A stretch of 64,000 bases of DNA, taken from a virus. Its lineage: Duplodnaviria > Caudoviricetes. A model generated the notes under the pieces. The model worked only from the letters and a program-made list of their open reading frames with translations. It was not told the origin of the DNA and did not search any database. Location of the stretch: the IMG/VR virus record IMGVR_UViG_2740892367_000002, positions 31,864 to 95,863 of that record. One strand, written 5' to 3'. Positions 1-9,202 of this stretch are shown here, in pieces; within the stretch, counting starts at the first letter, position 1, and the number at the start of each line of letters is the position of its first letter. A program made the translations under genes and the position numbers.

Positions 1-1161
1 GCCGGCCTGGGTGCTAGCTTGAAGAGCGAAGAGCGCAAGGAACTGCTCGCCAGCATCGGTGTGTACTTCGAGTCTGCCATGGGCGAGATTGCGCGCACTG
101 GCTCGTTTGAAGATGCTGGCGCCCTGACCCGGGGGCAACGCTTGTTCTTCCGCCTGAACCTCGGGCACTGGTGGTCGGAGAAGCAGCGCGCCGCCGCAGC
201 CATGGGCATGTCCCACCATATGGCGCTGCAGGCCGAGAAGTCATGGGATGCACTGGCGCCGGAATACCGCCGCGTGCTGGAACTGTACGAGATTGACGCA
301 GGGAAATGGGATGTTGTGCGCGCGTCGGCGCAGAAGCAGATCGACGGTCGCGCGTACATTACGCCTGACACGATTGCCGATCCGAAGATCGCCGACCAGG
401 TGCAGACCTACCTGAACGACCGAACCGGATTCTTTCAGTTGGAGCCGGACGCAAAGACCCGGGCCATTATGCTGCAGGGCACGCAGCCCGGCACTTTCCT
501 TGGCGAGTTCATGCGCTTCCTGACGCAGTTCAAGAGCTTCACCGGCGCCTATCTGCAGAAGATCTTCGGGCGCGAGTTGTACGGCCGCGGCTATGAGGGC
601 AGCAGCATTTTTGGTGCGCTGGGCGCCGGAAACGGGGAGGCCATGGGCATCGTCAACGTGGTGCTGTGGTCCACGCTCTTCGGCTACGGCTCGATGGTGG
701 CCAAGGACCTGGTAAAGGGGCGCACGCCGCGTACCATGAATGACGACCCAACCAATGATGCCAAGGTCTTCATGGCGGCCATGGCCCAGGGCGGCGGCAT
801 GGGGATCATGGGCGATTTCGTCTTTGGCGAGGCCAACCGCTTCGGCGGCGGCATGCTCTCTTCGCTGGCCGGACCGACTGCCGGGGCAGCCAATGACATC
901 GTGAGCCTCTACCAGACCATGCGAGACGATGCGGTCAACGGCACGCTCACTGGCGGCAAGGTCGGCTCCGACGCGCTGCGCGTGGCGCTTAACAACACGC
1001 CTTACCTGAACCTGTTCTATACGCGCATCGCCTTGGATTACCTGCTGTTTTACCGGATGCAGGAAATGATGAATCCGGGATACCTGTCCCGTATGGAGCA
1101 ACGTGTGCGAACACAGAACAACCAGGAGTTCCTGCTTCCTCCTAGCAGCGTGGCCCAGTGA
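1..1161 (+). CDS. C-terminal part of a large internal virion/ejection protein (5'-truncated)
   Basis: Frame is open from base 1; Gly/Ala-rich helical C-terminus (QFKSFT, GGGMGIMGDF, NNTPYLNLFYTR) typical of podophage internal proteins; directly precedes the tailspike. Confidence 0.7.
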   Translation, partial: AGLGASLKSEERKELLASIGVYFESAMGEIARTGSFEDAGALTRGQRLFFRLNLGHWWSEKQRAAAAMGMSHHMALQAEKSWDALAPEYRRVLELYEIDAGKWDVVRASAQKQIDGRAYITPDTIADPKIADQVQTYLNDRTGFFQLEPDAKTRAIMLQGTQPGTFLGEFMRFLTQFKSFTGAYLQKIFGRELYGRGYEGSSIFGALGAGNGEAMGIVNVVLWSTLFGYGSMVAKDLVKGRTPRTMNDDPTNDAKVFMAAMAQGGGMGIMGDFVFGEANRFGGGMLSSLAGPTAGAANDIVSLYQTMRDDAVNGTLTGGKVGSDALRVALNNTPYLNLFYTRIALDYLLFYRMQEMMNPGYLSRMEQRVRTQNNQEFLLPPSSVAQ

Positions 1162-1285
1162 TTCACGTGCTTGTTTCTCATAGGTCTAACACCGTCAAAG
1201 CGGCTATCTTCTGCGCATAGACAGCAGCGGGCCATGACCTGCTGCGGACAATCGCCGCTCTCGGAGACGTTCATCCGAGGGCACC

Positions 1286-3454
1286 ATGACGGTAACTACC
1301 ACCAATTCGCGTATCTCGTACACCGGCGATGGCGTATCGACGGTCTTCCCTTTCCCCTACTACTTCCTGCTCCCCACCGACATCAAGCCCTATGTTAGCG
1401 GCGCACAGCTGCTGAACGGCTTCACGGTGGTGGGGGCGGGCTCAACGTCCGGCGGCTACGTCACGATCACCCCGGCGCCAGCGGCCGGCGCGCCGATTCT
1501 GCTATTGCGGGACCCCGATACGCTACAGCAGACGGCGTTTCCGCCGAATGATCCATTCCCATCTAGCGCTACGGAAAAGGGATTCGACAAGCTCACCATG
1601 ATTCTGCAGCGCGTGGTCGACCGTTTGTCGCGTGCACTCCAAACGGCAGACACGGACACCACGGCGCTACTCGGACCGATTCCGTCGGCGACCGCACGTG
1701 CCGGCATGGTGCTGGGATTCGACCCGCTCGGGCAACTCATCATGCTGCCGCAGACGAGCAGCATCGGCGCCGGCGACATGCGCGTCGATACGTTCGCCGC
1801 GGGCGTGGACTTCACAGCCGGCGTCACCACCGCGCTCAATCTGTCGCGCGCCCCGGGCAGCCCGGCGAATCTGGAAATCTTCTTCGATTCGAATTATCAG
1901 GGCCCGGATCAGTGGATCTTGGCTGGCACTACGGTGACCTTTACTTCTGCCATCCCGGTCGGAGTGGTCAAAGTTTTTGCTCGTAGCGGCACGACGCTCT
2001 CCACGCAGATCACGCCGGATGAGTCCATTACCGATGCGAAGATTTCGTCTAGCAATACCGTGCTGGACGCCATCGTCAACAAGCTCAAATTCCTCGCTGC
2101 CGGCACCGGGGCGATCTACCGGGCGCTGCGCGACAAGCTGCGGGATCGTGTCCATATCAAGGACTACGGCGCATTGGGGGATGGGGTTACGCCGGCCAGC
2201 GCTGCGATCCAGGCAGCGATTAATACCGGCGCAGGTCGCGTGTGGGTTTCGGGGGGCACGTACCTCATCAATACGACGATCGAACTGCGGGATAACCTCA
2301 TCATCGAGTTCGACAAGGACGCCAAGTTCATCCCTGAGACCGATAACCTCACGATCTTCAAGGCGAGCACGCACGCGTATTTCTCGCAGATCCGCAGCGC
2401 GACGCTGGATGGCAACGGCAAGGTGGGCATCACCGGCTTTGATCTGCAGAACTTCCGCCTGCAGGCTGGGCTGTATGAATGCTACGTCACCAACATGACC
2501 AATGGCGCGGTCTTCCGCACCGGCTGCTTTGGCGCCAAGGTGGACGGATTCACGGCCTACAACGGCGTGCCGAACCCGATCACCTGCACCGAGAATTGCG
2601 CGGTGATCGACATCATCAACCCGCGGCTCGATAACGAGACGGGCGTTGGCGCTGGCACCGGGAACGGCATCTCGGTGCAGGCCGTGGGTATCCCGAACGA
2701 AGGCGTGCGCATTACAGGAGGCTACATCCAGGGCTTCCAATACGGCGTGCTGGATAACGGATTGGGCACACGGATCAGCGAAACCTACTTCGAGCAATGC
2801 GCGCTTGGCGACGTGTTTTTCAACGGGGCACGAAATTCCTCAGCGCGGGATACGCAGCACTTTGCTGCGATCGGGGCGGCGGCGTTCAAGGGTCGCAACT
2901 GCGATGGCATCACGATCTGGAATCCTGATGCCGGCTCCGGCGCGCGAACGGTGCTCTACGATTTCGATTCCACCTGCTCTAACTGCAACGAGTACCGCGC
3001 CGGTAGCAATGCGGGGTACAACACCCCGACCGGGAGCTTGACCTACCTGTCACAACTCGCGTCTCGGTCTACGCAGTCCTTTACGCCGACCGTGGCCGGC
3101 ACCTCGGTCGCCGGGGTCGGCACCTACTCCGCGCAGGACGGCCGCATCTCCTTGCACGGCGGTTATGTGGAGATCGCCGGGACAATCGGCTGGACCGCGC
3201 ACAGTGGCTCGGGGCCAATGACGATCAACGGCATCCCGGCCGGGTTCGCGCCGGCCAGCTACTCCCCGCGGCGCATCGCGCAGTTGGAGGTGGATGGTAT
3301 CGCCTACACCGGGCCGGGACTCTATGCCTATTTCAACGGCAGCGGCACGCAATTGTCAGTGGCGCAGGTCAGCACGGCAGGGGCTACCACGCTATTGAAC
3401 TTGCCGTCCACGGGGACTCTGCATTTCAAATTGAGCTACGACTCGCACGCATAA
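1286..3454 (+). CDS. Tailspike/tail fibre with T7-gp17-like N-terminal attachment domain and pectate-lyase-like beta-helix
   Basis: N-term YTGDGVSTVFPFPY; DKLRDRVHIKDYGALGDGVT..AIQAAIN beta-helix cap; GAGGG RBS. Confidence 0.85.
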   Translation: MTVTTTNSRISYTGDGVSTVFPFPYYFLLPTDIKPYVSGAQLLNGFTVVGAGSTSGGYVTITPAPAAGAPILLLRDPDTLQQTAFPPNDPFPSSATEKGFDKLTMILQRVVDRLSRALQTADTDTTALLGPIPSATARAGMVLGFDPLGQLIMLPQTSSIGAGDMRVDTFAAGVDFTAGVTTALNLSRAPGSPANLEIFFDSNYQGPDQWILAGTTVTFTSAIPVGVVKVFARSGTTLSTQITPDESITDAKISSSNTVLDAIVNKLKFLAAGTGAIYRALRDKLRDRVHIKDYGALGDGVTPASAAIQAAINTGAGRVWVSGGTYLINTTIELRDNLIIEFDKDAKFIPETDNLTIFKASTHAYFSQIRSATLDGNGKVGITGFDLQNFRLQAGLYECYVTNMTNGAVFRTGCFGAKVDGFTAYNGVPNPITCTENCAVIDIINPRLDNETGVGAGTGNGISVQAVGIPNEGVRITGGYIQGFQYGVLDNGLGTRISETYFEQCALGDVFFNGARNSSARDTQHFAAIGAAAFKGRNCDGITIWNPDAGSGARTVLYDFDSTCSNCNEYRAGSNAGYNTPTGSLTYLSQLASRSTQSFTPTVAGTSVAGVGTYSAQDGRISLHGGYVEIAGTIGWTAHSGSGPMTINGIPAGFAPASYSPRRIAQLEVDGIAYTGPGLYAYFNGSGTQLSVAQVSTAGATTLLNLPSTGTLHFKLSYDSHA

Positions 3455-3461
3455 AGGGACC

Positions 3462-4616
3462 ATGATGCGCAAATCTCTAATCGCACTATTCGCCGCCGCG
3501 CTGGCCTCGATCGCGAGCGCGGCAACGCTCTCGCCCATTCAACTGCTAAACCCAACCGGATCAACGGCTGGGCAGGCTATCGTTTCGATGGGGCCAAGCA
3601 CGGCGCCAGGCTGGGCCACGGTCACGGCTGGCGGCATTACGCCGATCGCGGCGAACTCGGTCTATGCGAACTTCACTGGGGCCAGCGCATCGCCGATCGC
3701 CAACGCGGTACCGAGTTGCAGCACCGGCAACAGCGCGCTGAAGTACACCAGTGGCACCGGTTTCTCATGCGGCGCGACGTTCGCGCTGACCAGTGGCAAC
3801 CTGTCGCAGTTCGCGGCCACGACCTCAGCGCAGCTAGCCGGCGCGCTCTCCGATGAGACTGGCACCGGCCTAGCTGTGTTCGGAACCTCTCCATCCCTGA
3901 CCACGCCGACCATCGCGGGCGGCGCGCTCTCCGGCACCTTCAGTGGCACGCCCACGTTCAGCGGCGCTGTGACGTTCAGCACGGCCGTGGCCGTTACGTC
4001 TGGCGGAACCGGATCAGGCACGGCATCCGGTGCGCGTACCAACCTCGGGTTGGGCACCATCGCCACGCAGAATGCCAGCGCGGTAGCCATCACCGGCGGA
4101 TCGATCGACGGCGCAGCAATTGGCCAGGTAACTGCCGCAGCAGGCACGTTCACCAACGTGCAGGCCACGGGCTTTATCAACCCTTCGCAGACTTCGGGCC
4201 TGATCGGGACCACGACCAACAACAATGCGAGCGCGGGGAGCTGGGGCGAGTATCAGTCCGCTTCGCCGGTTGGCATATCGCTGACAAACTCCACGGATAC
4301 GAACATCACCAGCATCAGCTTGACTGCTGGCGACTGGGACGTAACAGGGAACGTCTACTTCACGACCGGCACGGGCGACACTATGACTGCTGGGCGGGTA
4401 AGCGTTTCGGCAACATCCGCTACGCAGGCCGCAGTGCCCTTGTACACCGCGATCGGCGGGATTTCTGTAACGCCCGGCAACGAGGTGTCCGGGATCGCCC
4501 CAATGCAGCGGTTCTCTGTCTCGACCACTACCACGGTGTTCCTTGTCGCCACGGGCTTTCACTCCGGCGGCACGCTGACCGGGCAAGGCATCGTCCGCGC
4601 GCGACGGGTGCGCTGA
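3462..4616 (+). CDS. Thr/Ser/Gly-rich fibre-like protein with Sec-type signal peptide
   Basis: MRKSLIALFAAALASIASA N-terminus; fibre motif GGTG..ASGARTNLGLGTIATQ. Confidence 0.65.
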   Translation: MMRKSLIALFAAALASIASAATLSPIQLLNPTGSTAGQAIVSMGPSTAPGWATVTAGGITPIAANSVYANFTGASASPIANAVPSCSTGNSALKYTSGTGFSCGATFALTSGNLSQFAATTSAQLAGALSDETGTGLAVFGTSPSLTTPTIAGGALSGTFSGTPTFSGAVTFSTAVAVTSGGTGSGTASGARTNLGLGTIATQNASAVAITGGSIDGAAIGQVTAAAGTFTNVQATGFINPSQTSGLIGTTTNNNASAGSWGEYQSASPVGISLTNSTDTNITSISLTAGDWDVTGNVYFTTGTGDTMTAGRVSVSATSATQAAVPLYTAIGGISVTPGNEVSGIAPMQRFSVSTTTTVFLVATGFHSGGTLTGQGIVRARRVR

Positions 4617-4642
4617 TCCATTTTTGTTTGACCGGGGAAATT

Positions 4643-4961
4643 GATGGACATGAAAGAGGGTGGGCGGCGTAGATGGATCGACACCACGATCAACCTGCAA
4701 AGCATCGTCAGTGCGCTGATCGGTGCCGGTGTGGTGGTGGTGATCGCATGGTTCGCGCTGGTCGGCCGCGTGCAGGCGCTGGAAGCCAAAGACGTCGAGC
4801 ACGACGCACGCTTCGGCAGGATGGAAGGCGACCAGCGCCAGTTGCGCCAGGACGTGAAAGACCAACTCAGCGCCATCGGGCAGAACGTGGAGAAGATCCG
4901 CGACTACCTGCTGGACAATGCGGCCGGCCAGCGGCCAGACATTCGGAAGTGGGCCAAATAG
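4643..4961 (+). CDS. Membrane-anchored coiled-coil protein (lysis-associated; holin/antiholin-like)
   Basis: One N-terminal TM segment then a coiled coil; first gene of the lysis cassette. Confidence 0.55.
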
Positions 4962-4969
4962 GAGGCGCC

Positions 4970-5236
4970 ATGAAATTCACTCTTGCAGACAACTGGCGGC
5001 AACTTCACCGCAAAGGAACCGTGATAGCCGGCGCCACCTTCACCGCGGTCATGGGGCTCGGGCCGCTGCTGGTGCAGGCATGGAGCGCCATGCCGCCCGA
5101 ACTGAAGGCGGTTATTCCGCAGAACGTGCAGCAGTGGATCGCTTACACGATGTTCGGCCTGACGTTCCTCGCTCTGCGGTACACCTCTGTGCGCCGGCGT
5201 GACGAGGAAAAGGAGGGCGGAGATGACCCCGCGTGA
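4970..5236 (+). CDS. Holin (2 TM)
   Basis: GGAGG RBS; MKFTLADNWRQLHRK, two hydrophobic segments, charged C-terminus; precedes the endolysin. Confidence 0.7.
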   Translation: MKFTLADNWRQLHRKGTVIAGATFTAVMGLGPLLVQAWSAMPPELKAVIPQNVQQWIAYTMFGLTFLALRYTSVRRRDEEKEGGDDPA

Positions 5237-5711
5237 CTTCGTGCGCGGGCCATTGGCCGATGCGCTCGCGATCCTTCCGTCTGACATGGACACCCCGAAG
5301 GCCAGGGTGATGGTGACGGCGATATGCCTGCAGGAATCCGGGCTGATCCACCGCGCACAGCTTGGCAACGGGCCGGCCCGGGGCTTTCCTCAGTTCGAAC
5401 TCGGCACGCGGCAGTCGCGCGGCGGCGTCTGGGGGATCTACCTGCACGATGCCAGCCGCTTCTGGCTCGACAAGCTATGTGCCTCCCGCGGCGTGCAGTT
5501 CCTTCCCGAGAGCATCTGGCGTGCGCTGGAGACAGACGACGTGCTGTCGGCCGGTGCTGCGCGACTGTTGCTCTTCACCGACCCGAAGCGCCTGCCCGAT
5601 ATCGACGACGCCGACGGTAGCTGGGGGCTGTACCTGCGCACTTGGCGCCCAGGCAAGCCCCGCCAGGAAACGTGGCCGGTCAATCATCGTGTCGCGCGGG
5701 AGGCCGTATGA
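5223..5711 (+). CDS. Endolysin (lysozyme-like)
   Basis: AICLQESG..R.Q.GNGPARG..QFE motif; lies between holin and spanins. Confidence 0.7.
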   Translation: MTPRDFVRGPLADALAILPSDMDTPKARVMVTAICLQESGLIHRAQLGNGPARGFPQFELGTRQSRGGVWGIYLHDASRFWLDKLCASRGVQFLPESIWRALETDDVLSAGAARLLLFTDPKRLPDIDDADGSWGLYLRTWRPGKPRQETWPVNHRVAREAV

Positions 5712-6001
5712 CGGCGCTGCTTGAACTGCTGAAGGAATTCGGCCCGTGGATCCTCGGCGCCGTTGGCGTCCTGTTCGGCTGGCTGCGCCACAAGCAGGCT
5801 CAGACCGATCAAGCGCAGGCGGCGCAGAAGGTGGCCGAATCCGATGCCAAGGTTGCCCAGGCCGATGCCATCCAGGCGAAGGCGAATGAGGATGCCGCGC
5901 GAGCCGGCGCCGACAATGCAAAGGTGAGACGAGATGAAGATGCTGATGCTGGTGCTGTGCCTGACGCTGGCCGGGTGCTGCACGACGAGTGGGGCAAATG
6001 A
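5708..6001 (+). CDS. i-spanin (Rz-like)
   Basis: N-terminal TM plus Ala-rich coiled coil; ATGA overlap with the endolysin. Confidence 0.7.
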   Translation: MTALLELLKEFGPWILGAVGVLFGWLRHKQAQTDQAQAAQKVAESDAKVAQADAIQAKANEDAARAGADNAKVRRDEDADAGAVPDAGRVLHDEWGK

Positions 6002-6176
6002 TCCGCCCGAGCCGCAGGTTGTCGTGAAGACGCGCATAGTGGACACGGCATGCGATTGGACTCGGCCGATCTATGTGGACAAGGCCGACGTGCTGACCGA
6101 TGACACCGCCAAATCGATTTTGGCCCACAACAGGGCTGGCCAGAAAGTGTGCGGCTGGAAGCCCAAATCGAAATAG
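5934..6176 (+). CDS. o-spanin (Rz1-like lipoprotein), overlapping Rz
   Basis: Lipobox LAGC; C-terminal Cys pair; overlaps the Rz 3' end. Confidence 0.75.
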   Translation: MKMLMLVLCLTLAGCCTTSGANDPPEPQVVVKTRIVDTACDWTRPIYVDKADVLTDDTAKSILAHNRAGQKVCGWKPKSK

Positions 6177-6276
6177 CTATTGGGCTAGATCACTGTTCCG
6201 AATTCGTTGGAAGATCCCGAAAATGACCACGATGGCAAGCCGTTTGCGGGTATGGTCATATTCCAATTAACTCACG

Positions 6277-6289
6277 CAACGCTTTGATT
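6277..6289 (-). promoter_or_regulatory. IHF binding site in att arm
   Basis: Minus strand AATCAAAGCGTTG exactly matches WATCAANNNNTTR, 18 bp from the att core. Confidence 0.65.
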
Positions 6290-6307
6290 TTTAACGATAT
6301 TGGTTGC

Positions 6308-6355
6308 GGATTGTGATTCCTGTCGTCGTGGGTTCGAGTCCCATCAGCCACCCCA
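6308..6355 (+). other. att core: 3' fragment of tRNA-His(GUG), not a full tRNA
   Basis: GGATTGTGATTCCTGTCGTCGTGGGTTCGAGTCCCATCAGCCACCCCA contains the GTG anticodon loop, T-arm GGTTCGAGTCCC and CCA end; D-arm and acceptor 5' half are absent upstream. Confidence 0.9.
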
Positions 6356-6411
6356 AAATTCCCTTACGGATCATGAAGTTAGCGCGGTAGTTTGCCTTTC
6401 ATGATGCGGAA

Positions 6412-6441
6412 TTTCCCACGGAAATTCAGATTTTCCCACGG
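6412..6441 (+). repeat. Integrase arm-type direct repeats TTTCCCACGG x2
   Basis: Exact 10-mers at 6412-6421 and 6432-6441, between the att core and the int stop. Confidence 0.6.
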
Positions 6442-6473
6442 CGCCTACATGGCGCCGTTTTCATTTCTCCCAT

Positions 6474-7691
6474 TTATTCTGTGGCGGAAGCTCGTTTCAC
6501 CTTGCGTCGATCGTAGTGGCGATGGGTGGTCGACGGGTTGGCGTGCGCGGCGAAATCGTAGGCATCCGCCGAGCGTTGCTCGAGCTTCGTCGTGATTGCC
6601 GCCGGGCGGATGTCGAGCGTCGAGAAATAGGCCGCGTGCTCGGCAATCGAATACCCCGACGTCCAGGTGCCCGCGCCCCTGTCCTTCCGCTTGGCGGCGG
6701 ACTGCTCCCGCTCGGCGCGCAGTGCGTTGGCCGCCTCGGCGTCGAAGGTCGATATCCATTCCCACATGGCATCCTGCCAAACCGACCCCCAGCCGCTCTT
6801 GCTGTAGGGCTGGCCCCTCCTGTTCGGGAACAGGTACAGGCTCGTGACTACGGTCTTCTTCGTCGTGGTCTCAGCGGCTGTGCGCTTTGCGCGCTCCACC
6901 ACCACACGCAGCCGCGGCGACCAGTCCCGAACCTTGACCACCTCCGCTTCGCCTTTCTTCCGCTTGGCGCCGACAACGCGCACGCCGTCATCAGTGAGTC
7001 CGGACAGGTGGAAAGGGCGCACTTCGGCGGCGCGGAACCCGGTCAGGTAGGTGAACATGGCCGCGCACCCCATCGTGCGGTAGGCGTGGCCTTGCCGAAT
7101 CGCCCACAGGTAGAAGCGCACGATCTGGCTACGCGACACGGCGCGCACGTCCTTGTCAGCCTTGTTGAGCATCATCCCGACAAACGGATTGGCGTCGATC
7201 AGCCCCCATCGCACGGCGAAGTTGCAGATGGTCGACATTTGCGACAGTTCCTTGTTCGCCTTGATAGGCGCACCGCTCTTGGCGCGCGCGTCGAGAAACT
7301 GATAGCCGTGCACCGTCTTCATGCCGCTGGGTGCCATCTTCCCAAAGAAGCGCGCCAGGACGTCATAGGCGGCCTGCCGGACGGCTTTACCTTCCTTGGA
7401 CTGGTCCCGGTAGTGCACTGGGTCCACGTCCTGCCGGAAACGATCGATCATGTCAGCAACCGACCCGGCGACGATCTGGCCGGCCTGGATGTCCAGCGCC
7501 TTGCGCTTGGCTATGCGCTCGGCCTCGGCAATCGCCTTGCGATCGCCGATCGGTGCAGACGACAGGGTTTCGCTCCTGCCGTCCGGGTACTTGTAGTAGA
7601 AGGAAACCTTCTTCGCGCCGATGTATTTGATCAGCCGGTCGATGCCGGTGGATTCCTTACGCAAACGCTGCGAGGTTCGGCGTGCTGTCAT
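6474..7691 (-). CDS. int: Tyrosine integrase
   Basis: TGFRAAEV catalytic Arg, DIRPAA, AAHANPSTTHRHY catalytic Tyr; adjacent to att. Confidence 0.9.
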   Translation of the reverse strand: MTARRTSQRLRKESTGIDRLIKYIGAKKVSFYYKYPDGRSETLSSAPIGDRKAIAEAERIAKRKALDIQAGQIVAGSVADMIDRFRQDVDPVHYRDQSKEGKAVRQAAYDVLARFFGKMAPSGMKTVHGYQFLDARAKSGAPIKANKELSQMSTICNFAVRWGLIDANPFVGMMLNKADKDVRAVSRSQIVRFYLWAIRQGHAYRTMGCAAMFTYLTGFRAAEVRPFHLSGLTDDGVRVVGAKRKKGEAEVVKVRDWSPRLRVVVERAKRTAAETTTKKTVVTSLYLFPNRRGQPYSKSGWGSVWQDAMWEWISTFDAEAANALRAEREQSAAKRKDRGAGTWTSGYSIAEHAAYFSTLDIRPAAITTKLEQRSADAYDFAAHANPSTTHRHYDRRKVKRASATE

Positions 7692-7884
7692 ACTTTGCCT
7701 GCCCCTTCGTTTCCTCGATGCCCAGCTTTCGGTTGTAGTACGCCTTGGCCACCTTGGGCAGGCCGTTCTTGTCCAGCACGTACCGCCAGTGCTCCCGATC
7801 GAGCCATTTGATCATCGCCTGTCGCTGGTTCGACTTGCAGCCGACTAGGTCGGCCAGCTCCATTGCGGTGAGAAAGTCGCTCAT
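7657..7884 (-). CDS. Excisionase-like protein (DUF4224-like)
   Basis: FLTAMELADLVGCK..Q..WL....GLPKV; GGAG RBS; overlaps the int start. Confidence 0.75.
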   Translation of the reverse strand: MSDFLTAMELADLVGCKSNQRQAMIKWLDREHWRYVLDKNGLPKVAKAYYNRKLGIEETKGQAKYDSTPNLAAFA

Positions 7885-7993
7885 CCCGTACTCCAATCCG
7901 CCACTCTTGGCGGGTGACTGCCACGACCCGGCGAGCCCGATTCATCATTTCTTGCATTCTGGTGTTTAGCAGCGGGTGTTTCCCCGCCTGCAG

Positions 7994-8263
7994 TCAGTTC
8001 TTCAATTCGGCGCGGCGCCGGCGCAGGATCTCGCCCAGGCCGGCCCGGTCGATCTCGATGGCGCCCAGCTTCACGGCGCGCACGCGCATCGCCTTGCAGA
8101 TGTCGAAGTGCTCCTGGTAGGTGCCTTCCTTCTGTATGTGGCGCGGGTGGACTCCGATGCTCTGAGCCATAGCGATCAACTCGGCCTTTGTGTCGGCCAC
8201 CATGTGGTACATGCACATTCCGCGATAGGGTGCAGCCATGTCGTCAACGTAGACTGCCATCAC
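7994..8263 (-). CDS. DUF4031-like protein
   Basis: VYVDD..HMVADT..EL..MA..IG..EHFDI. Confidence 0.75.
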   Translation of the reverse strand: MMAVYVDDMAAPYRGMCMYHMVADTKAELIAMAQSIGVHPRHIQKEGTYQEHFDICKAMRVRAVKLGAIEIDRAGLGEILRRRRAELKN

Positions 8264-8718
8264 GCCACTCCCTGATCTACGGATGTGCGGGCGTGCTGCT
8301 CACGCAGGATGGCAGCCACGTCGGCCGGCACGTCGAAGAAGCCCAATGCGCCCTTGCACGGGACGAACGGCAGCGCTTTAGCATCTACGATCTGGAAGCC
8401 GAACTGACCTTCCATGTGCCACTGCGATTGGCGCGCGCGATCTGGCACGCAGTCCGTAATGGTGGCCACACCGACGATGCCGCCGCGCTCCATCTGCTCG
8501 AACTTTGGCAGCGCGATCAGCGCTGCATCGTAGGGTCCTGTTTCGTAGAGTTCGGAGAGATAGTCCTTTACATCCTGGTACTCGCCGCGGGTCATGCCCT
8601 TGCTGGCGTGGATCAGCACGCGTCCCCGGAAACTGGTGCGCCAGGTTCGGTTTTCGATGTCCTTGAACCCTTGGGCGATCAGCCACGCCCACGGTTGGCG
8701 GATAGAGAGGGCTTTCAT
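8260..8718 (-). CDS. ASCH-domain protein
   Basis: ALSIRQPWAWLI..G.KDIENR.W...RGRVLIHAS. Confidence 0.9.
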   Translation of the reverse strand: MKALSIRQPWAWLIAQGFKDIENRTWRTSFRGRVLIHASKGMTRGEYQDVKDYLSELYETGPYDAALIALPKFEQMERGGIVGVATITDCVPDRARQSQWHMEGQFGFQIVDAKALPFVPCKGALGFFDVPADVAAILREQHARTSVDQGVA

Positions 8719-9173
8719 GCGTCCCCCCTCGCAGCAGCGGCGATAGCGGCGCGCTCGATAGTGAAGCCGTCCGGGTCAATGCCTGCGTCTAGGCATATCT
8801 GCCACGCACTCCTGCTCCCGACTGCGAAAACGTCCATCGCCAAAACCCAGTTCGCGCGCTGCTTGTTGTAGTGGACTGGCGTGATTCGACGCACGTTCGA
8901 CATGATGTAGAACGGTGTGAAGTTCGCACGCACCGCGTCCACCTTCACTGACCCGCTCGCAACGTCATCCGGCAGGGGGCGGCGGTTCCAGGCGGCGATG
9001 ACTTCAGCGCCAGCAATACCAGGGGAATTGGCGCTGTATTGAAGCGATAACACCGCATCGCAGTCCTCGCATTCAATGCGGCCTACCCAACCAGAATGCT
9101 CGATTTGCTCGACCTCCGCATTGCGAGCGGCGCCCCCACAAAACGGGCACACCTTCAGTTCCGTATCACTCAT
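8715..9173 (-). CDS. Lar-family restriction alleviation protein with C-terminal extension
   Basis: ELKVCPFCGG...CEDC...AWNRR. Confidence 0.7.
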   Translation of the reverse strand: MSDTELKVCPFCGGAARNAEVEQIEHSGWVGRIECEDCDAVLSLQYSANSPGIAGAEVIAAWNRRPLPDDVASGSVKVDAVRANFTPFYIMSNVRRITPVHYNKQRANWVLAMDVFAVGSRSAWQICLDAGIDPDGFTIERAAIAAAARGDA

Positions 9174-9202
9174 CTTTGTTCCTCCCGATCTCGGCGGCGC
9201 AT

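Larger units (their letters stand above)
1..6355. mobile_element. Right end of prophage 1 (podovirus-like virion and lysis genes), truncated by window start
   Basis: Co-oriented internal virion, tailspike, holin, endolysin and spanin genes ending at a tRNA-His 3' fragment. Confidence 0.85.

Noticed and set aside
6280-6355. Complete tRNA-His gene
   Set aside because: The 5' acceptor strand and D-arm are missing and the anticodon stem is broken upstream of 6308, so it is an att duplication
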